Shown: positions 27,180 to 32,000 of the stretch, in pieces
Layout of the letters: each line of letters starts with the position of its first letter
Numbering within the stretch: the first letter of the stretch is position 1
Origin: Vibrio vulnificus CMCP6
Lineage (GTDB): Bacteria; Pseudomonadota; Gammaproteobacteria; Enterobacterales; Vibrionaceae
Length of the DNA stretch: 32,000 nt
NCBI RefSeq assembly: GCF_000039765.1
Contig: NC_004459.3
Location: 2,391,127-2,423,126, forward strand
Direction of reading: 5' to 3'
The notes under the pieces: generated by a model
What the model was told of the DNA's origin: nothing
What the model saw: only the letters and a program-made list of their open reading frames with translations
The model's database searches: none
Made by a program: the position numbers and the translations under genes

Positions 27180-27881
27180 TTATCTTTTTTCGATTTGTTT
27201 CATTGCTTGAGCACCACCAACCGGGCGGTTAACCGACACTTTGCGCCCTTTTTTCAGGCCCACTTCGTAATCGGCAGTGAGATTTTTCATCGCCTCACGC
27301 AACTGCTGCTTAAAGGTTTCACGATCGATGTTTTGGAACTCTTTATCGATGTAGTTATTGATTTTGTTAGCCGATTCTTCATCAGGCGTGATCACTGGCA
27401 GTTTTTCCAATGCGCCCTCTACCCAACCAGAGACAAACGAGTTGACTCGGCGTGTCACCTCAAGTGAAGAGGTGCCAGAGCCTGCAAAGCTATTGCGGAA
27501 TTGGCCCGTGCTTTCGTTCATTTCACGGTAAATAATGTCAAAGGCGAAAGCGGCGAAAATAGCACGGTCAGCTTCACCAATAAACTCTAAGCGTTTGAGT
27601 CCCTTATGGTTAAGCAACACTGCTTCTACACCAAATTTGGTATTGATGCCACGAATAACACGCAGTAAGACGGAACTGATACTCGCAGGCAGAAGATGGG
27701 TTGATTGAGTTTTTCCCATCTTAATGAACTCGATATCGTCTTTGTCGAGGCCATACTTGAGCATCAAGCGATGCGCCATCTTAATCGCGTTGGCCGCTTC
27801 GTTGACATTGGCGGAGTTGCCTAGCTCTAGGCATTTGGCAATTTTCTTCAGCGCTTTTTGTTTATCCATAGACAATGGCAA
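27180..27881 (-). CDS. DUF2786-like protein (family usually seen in phage/plasmid contexts)
   Basis: 233 aa. The N-terminal KALKKIAKCLELGNSANVNEAANAIKMAHRLMLKYGL matches the DUF2786 signature as I recall it. The overlapping plus-strand ORF 27105..27467 has no support. Confidence 0.65.
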   Translation of the reverse strand: MPLSMDKQKALKKIAKCLELGNSANVNEAANAIKMAHRLMLKYGLDKDDIEFIKMGKTQSTHLLPASISSVLLRVIRGINTKFGVEAVLLNHKGLKRLEFIGEADRAIFAAFAFDIIYREMNESTGQFRNSFAGSGTSSLEVTRRVNSFVSGWVEGALEKLPVITPDEESANKINNYIDKEFQNIDRETFKQQLREAMKNLTADYEVGLKKGRKVSVNRPVGGAQAMKQIEKR

Positions 27882-27958
27882 AAACCTAACTCAATCAGCA
27901 AAGTCGGACATCATACCTTTTTTTCGGCAAAATTTGAATCCTTGCGAGAGGTGCGGTG

Positions 27959-27990
27959 ACAAAAAAGCCGTGTCACAGTGGACACGGCTT
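27959..27990 (-). terminator. Rho-independent terminator of the CheX-like gene
   Basis: AAGCCGTGTC-ACAGTG-GACACGGCTT with AAAAAA on the plus strand, which is TTTTTT after the stem on the minus strand. Confidence 0.85.
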
Positions 27991-28016
27991 TAGCGGGCTA
28001 GATGTTGCGAAAAGGC

Positions 28017-28712
28017 TTAGATACCCAGTTCATCAAGCAAATCTGAGGTAATGTCTAATTCTTCTTCTGATGAGTTGCTCTCTGCTTTCTTGCCGCGCAT
28101 GTTTGCTTGCGCCGCTTCTAAAATATCATCCGGATTCTCATCTTCAGCGACTTCGAAATCTTCAAGCTGAATAAATTCAGTTTTATCCATCGCAAGCTCT
28201 AAGTAGAAGATGTTGTTATTTGCCGTTGAGAAGGTCACGCGACGCGCTTGTGGGCGGTCTAGGTTGGTATCCACCGAAAGAATAACCTGTTTGTTCAGAG
28301 ACAACATTTTGGGTTGATTTTGGGTGATGTTGGTTTGCAGTTCTTTGCGAATTTTATTGGTGAAATCACCGACTAATTGGTTCATCAACTCACCCAGCAC
28401 ATCGCCCACTTCATCGGAGGTGTGCAACACAGCCAGTTCTTCTTCTGGCATGCCCATATTGCGCATGTAATTGGTGTAAATCTCTAATGCTGCTTTTGCG
28501 GTAAAGTTGATGACGACAAGGCCAGTAAAACCACCATCAAAAAGAACAAAACAGCCGAAATCAGGCTTTAGACTGGTTTTGTTGATTTTCTGCACCATTG
28601 CAGAATAGTGAATTTGAGAAGAGGTGGCAGAAGTGAGCACTCCAGATACGGACTGACACAGTTTTAACAAGATATCTTCGGTCGTAACGACTCTGTTTTT
28701 TTTCATTATCAA
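28017..28712 (-). CDS. CheX/CheC-like fold protein (DUF3334-like) with acidic C-terminal tail
   Basis: 231 aa. The central segment FTGLVVINFTAKAALEIYTNYM...DEVGDVLGELMNQLVGDFTNKI resembles the CheC/CheX signature D..GE..N...G. The tail is acidic (EDFEVAEDENPDD...EEELDITSDLLDELGI). The start could be M1 or M3. Confidence 0.65.
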   Translation of the reverse strand: MIMKKNRVVTTEDILLKLCQSVSGVLTSATSSQIHYSAMVQKINKTSLKPDFGCFVLFDGGFTGLVVINFTAKAALEIYTNYMRNMGMPEEELAVLHTSDEVGDVLGELMNQLVGDFTNKIRKELQTNITQNQPKMLSLNKQVILSVDTNLDRPQARRVTFSTANNNIFYLELAMDKTEFIQLEDFEVAEDENPDDILEAAQANMRGKKAESNSSEEELDITSDLLDELGI

Positions 28713-28919
28713 TGCTCTGTTTAAGTTCTTTACATATGGTCTTTCAATGACTTTAGGTGGGTATCACCGGAAAAGAAAGTACAACTTTCATTTTTGCATT
28801 CAGATTCTGTTTTGATCACCTTTTTAAATGTTGTAAAGTGACGAAATTCAAAGATTAATTTCTAACTCTAATCATAAACCCGTAGCTGATAGGATCAGTG
28901 TTGTAGGGGCAGGAAGCAA

Positions 28920-31900
28920 ATGTTACCAAGACTTAATACTCAATCGGATGTTGATCCCGTTGTCCTGAGTTTTCTCAAAGAACTTGAGCAAGCTGGTTTC
29001 AACGGTGATATTGAATCCCACTACGCGAGCCGCTTGGCGGTGGCAACCGACAACAGTGTATACCAACAACTCCCTCAAGCGGTGCTTTTACCCAAAACAA
29101 CGGAAGATGTGGCACTTATTGCCAAGCTTAGCCTAAATCCGCTCTTTGAGCGCGTGACATTTTCGCCCAGAGGCGGTGGTACGGGGACAAATGGGCAGTC
29201 GTTGACCAAAGGTGTTGTGGTTGATCTCTCTCGCCATATGAACAAAGTCTTGGAGATCAATGAACAAGAAGGTTGGGTTCGAGTTCAGGCTGGGGTAGTG
29301 AAAGATCAACTCAACGATGCAGTCAGACCATTTGGTTACTTTTTTTCACCGGATCTTTCTACCAGTAACCGTGCAACCTTGGGAGGTATGATTAACACCG
29401 ATGCCTCAGGACAAGGTTCACTGAAGTATGGCAAAACCTCTGATCATGTTTTGTCACTGCAAGCGGTTTTTGCCGATGGTTCGGTCCTCGAATCGGACCT
29501 CTCAAAAGGCTTGCCTGAGGAAGGTCAGTACGCATACCACGCTTTACAAACGACGGAAGCCGTTTGTCGAGAAAAGCGTCAGCAGATTTTAGCGAAATTC
29601 CCGCCATTGAACCGCTTTCTAACCGGTTATGATTTAAAAAATGCAATTGAAGAGCAAACCGGCGAGTTTAACTTTACTCGGGTACTCTGTGGCGCCGAGG
29701 GTTCACTGGCGTTCATCACTGAAGCCAAACTCAACCTTACGCCAATTCCGAAAGCGCGCACGCTCGTAAATGTAAAATACAACAGTTTCGATGCTGCGCT
29801 ACGTAATGCGCCCTTTATGGTTGAGGCAAAAGCGCTGTCTGTTGAAACCGTCGATTCCAAAGTCCTGAATCTCGCTAAGCAAGACATTGTTTGGCACAGC
29901 GTGAGTGATTTGATTACCGATGTACCCGGGCTGGAGATGCTCGGTTTAAACATGGTGGAGTACGCAGGTGAAAATGAGCTAGAAGTCGCTGAGCAAGTAG
30001 CCGCGCTGACCAGCAAACTCGATAGCATGCTAGAACACGGTGAAGCTGGCATTATTGGCTATCAAGTGTGTAACGACGTGGCTAGCTTGGGGCGTATCTA
30101 CAACATGCGTAAGAAAGCGGTTGGCTTGCTTGGTGCTGCGAAAGGACGAGCCAAACCGGTCGCGTTTGCGGAAGATACCTGCGTGCCACCAGAAAATTTG
30201 GCCGATTTTATCGCTGAGTTTCGTCAATTGCTGGACAGTAAAAATCTCGAGTACGGTATGTTTGGTCATGTGGACGCCGGGGTTTTGCATGTTCGTCCTG
30301 CACTTGATCTATGCGACCCGACACAAGAACTGCTCATGCATGAGGTGTCTGATGACGTTGTCAAACTGGTTGCGAAATATGGCGGTTTGATGTGGGGTGA
30401 GCATGGTAAGGGTTTTCGCTCAGAATACGGCCCTGACTTTTTTGGTCAAGAGCTGTTTACCGAGCTAAGACGCATTAAAGCGGCGTTCGATCCTCACAAT
30501 AAAATGAACCCAGGTAAGATCTGTACACCACTTGGTAGCGATGCAGAACTCGTCAAAGTCTCTGATACCAAAAGGGGTTTTTACGATCGCCAAATCGACG
30601 TAAAAGTGCGCGACAGCTTCAAACAGGCGATGGAATGTAATGGCAATGGCTTGTGTTTTAACTACGATACAAGCTCGCCAATGTGTCCCTCGATGAAAGT
30701 GACGGCAGACAGACGCCATTCACCAAAAGGTCGTGCAGGTTTGGTTCGTGAATGGTTGCGCCAGTTGACTGAGCAGGGCATTGATATTTTGGATTTGGAA
30801 GCTCAAACCCTACAGGGTTCTCCGACCATTAAGAACATGCTTGATCGAGTCCGTAATCGAATTAATCAGCGTCATGAGTACGACTTCTCTCATGAAGTGT
30901 ATGAGGCTATGAATGGTTGTTTGGCGTGTAAAGCGTGTGCCAGCCAATGCCCAATTAAAGTGGATGTGCCGAGCTTCCGTTCGCGCTTTCTCAACATCTA
31001 CCACAGCCGTTATCAACGCCCGGCGAAGGATTATCTGGTTGCGAACATCGAAACCTTGTTACCTATCATGTCTAAAGCGCCACGCTTGATTAATGGTGTG
31101 ATTCGCCAGTCGTGGATGCAAAGCTTAACGGAGAAAACGGTCGGTTACGTGGACACACCTTTATTGTCGGTCCCAACCTTGAAGCAGCGACTGGCAACAC
31201 TTAAAGAGTTTGATTTACAACAGTTAAATGCGCTTTCAAGTGATGAAAAACGCGATCACGTCTTGATTGTGCAAGATCCCTTTACCAGCTATTACGATGC
31301 ACAGGTTGTTGAAGATTTTGCTGCGTTAGTCACAAGCTTAGGTAAGACGCCAATATTGTTGCCGTTCAAACCCAATGGTAAAGCGCAACACATCAAAGGC
31401 TTTTTAAAGCGTTTTGCGGCAACTGCGAGTGATACTGCGAAGTTCCTAGAGCTGGTGGCAGATTTAGCGATTCCTATGGTTGGTGTCGATCCTGCATTGG
31501 TGCTTTGCTATCGTGATGAATACCAAGAGATCTTAGGGGACAAACGAGGCGATTTTCAAGTGCTCACTGCGCACGAGTGGTTACTGCCTCGTCTAGCGGA
31601 GTTTGATGTAACCAAAGGCAGCGCGGAGCCGCCTTGGTATTTGCTGGCGCATTGTACAGAAAAGACGAAATTACCGAACGCGGAAAAAGAGTGGGGCACT
31701 ATTTTTGCTCATTTTGGCGCTCAGCTTAATACCGTCCCAGTTGGTTGCTGTGGTATGGCTGGCACGTTTGGCCACGAAAGTGACAAGCTACAAATGTCGA
31801 AAGATATCTACGCCTTGAGCTGGCAGCCAAGTTTGGAGACATTACCAAAAGAGCGTTGCTTGATCACTGGCTACTCATGCCGCTCTCAAGTGAAGCGCTT

Positions 31901-31964
31901 TGAAGGCGTTCAACCTCTCCATCCGGTGCAAGCACTGCTTTCCATCTGTCGCCAGAATGGATGA
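28920..31964 (+). CDS. ydiJ: FAD-linked oxidase fused to Fe-S / CCG domains (YdiJ-like, about 1014 aa)
   Basis: N-terminal FAD-binding PCMH-type domain (SPRGGGTGTNGQS). Ferredoxin-type CLACKACASQCP. C-terminal cysteine-rich CCG-like region (GCCGMAGTFG). The length matches E. coli YdiJ. A good SD, GGAAG, lies upstream. Confidence 0.88.
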   Translation: MLPRLNTQSDVDPVVLSFLKELEQAGFNGDIESHYASRLAVATDNSVYQQLPQAVLLPKTTEDVALIAKLSLNPLFERVTFSPRGGGTGTNGQSLTKGVVVDLSRHMNKVLEINEQEGWVRVQAGVVKDQLNDAVRPFGYFFSPDLSTSNRATLGGMINTDASGQGSLKYGKTSDHVLSLQAVFADGSVLESDLSKGLPEEGQYAYHALQTTEAVCREKRQQILAKFPPLNRFLTGYDLKNAIEEQTGEFNFTRVLCGAEGSLAFITEAKLNLTPIPKARTLVNVKYNSFDAALRNAPFMVEAKALSVETVDSKVLNLAKQDIVWHSVSDLITDVPGLEMLGLNMVEYAGENELEVAEQVAALTSKLDSMLEHGEAGIIGYQVCNDVASLGRIYNMRKKAVGLLGAAKGRAKPVAFAEDTCVPPENLADFIAEFRQLLDSKNLEYGMFGHVDAGVLHVRPALDLCDPTQELLMHEVSDDVVKLVAKYGGLMWGEHGKGFRSEYGPDFFGQELFTELRRIKAAFDPHNKMNPGKICTPLGSDAELVKVSDTKRGFYDRQIDVKVRDSFKQAMECNGNGLCFNYDTSSPMCPSMKVTADRRHSPKGRAGLVREWLRQLTEQGIDILDLEAQTLQGSPTIKNMLDRVRNRINQRHEYDFSHEVYEAMNGCLACKACASQCPIKVDVPSFRSRFLNIYHSRYQRPAKDYLVANIETLLPIMSKAPRLINGVIRQSWMQSLTEKTVGYVDTPLLSVPTLKQRLATLKEFDLQQLNALSSDEKRDHVLIVQDPFTSYYDAQVVEDFAALVTSLGKTPILLPFKPNGKAQHIKGFLKRFAATASDTAKFLELVADLAIPMVGVDPALVLCYRDEYQEILGDKRGDFQVLTAHEWLLPRLAEFDVTKGSAEPPWYLLAHCTEKTKLPNAEKEWGTIFAHFGAQLNTVPVGCCGMAGTFGHESDKLQMSKDIYALSWQPSLETLPKERCLITGYSCRSQVKRFEGVQPLHPVQALLSICRQNG

Positions 31965-31969
31965 CCGTG

Positions 31970-31996
31970 AGCCCAGCGTTATGCTGGGCTTTTTTG
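31970..31996 (+). terminator. Rho-independent terminator after ydiJ
   Basis: AGCCCAGC-GTTAT-GCTGGGCT followed by TTTTTT. Confidence 0.85.
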
Positions 31997-32000
31997 TGAA

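Noticed and set aside
27105-27467. A 120-aa plus-strand ORF overlapping the DUF2786-like gene.
   Set aside because: It is antisense to an ORF with a recognisable domain signature. It has no SD, and its composition is typical of a shadow frame.

Overview
The window looks like a Vibrionaceae chromosomal segment. Evidence is the pheS-pheT, ihfA, purT, cdd and tpm core genes plus a RelV-like small alarmone synthetase and a hemerythrin-GGDEF cyclase, both of which I recall from Vibrio cholerae. I cannot determine the species from sequence alone. I support 24 protein-coding genes. I saw no rRNA, tRNA, CRISPR array, integrase or transposase.

Gene order, left to right:
- An HTH protein, convergent with a two-gene operon on the minus strand: an outer-membrane barrel followed by a roughly 1294-aa metzincin lipoprotein.
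- A TetR gene, followed by an MMPL/RND-type inner-membrane exporter, a LolA-like periplasmic protein and an outer-membrane barrel.
- A bacteriohemerythrin-GGDEF diguanylate cyclase.
- pheS-pheT.
- A pncB / nrtR-pncA NAD salvage module sitting between pheT and ihfA.
- ihfA, relV-like, tpm, purT (with a perfect PurR box) and cdd (with CRP/CytR-like sites).
- A Cys-rich 60-aa ORF.
- A Sel1-repeat/TM/J-domain protein.
- An OmpA-family lipoprotein, a DUF2786-like protein and a CheX-like protein.
- A YdiJ-like FAD/Fe-S oxidoreductase.

Most interesting structure not explained by routine annotation:
1. A 13-bp palindrome family, TGACG-N3-CGTCA, is present four times: twice before tetR and twice before the exporter gene. 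It defines a TetR-gated three-compartment export module that has no membrane-fusion or TolC-type partner.
2. The barrel plus giant metzincin lipoprotein pair is translationally tight.
3. The NAD salvage module splits the pheST-ihfA arrangement, and its NrtR has a degenerate Nudix box.
4. A protein combines periplasmic Sel1 repeats with a cytoplasmic J-domain.

All functional calls rest on motif-level recognition by eye. No database search was run.
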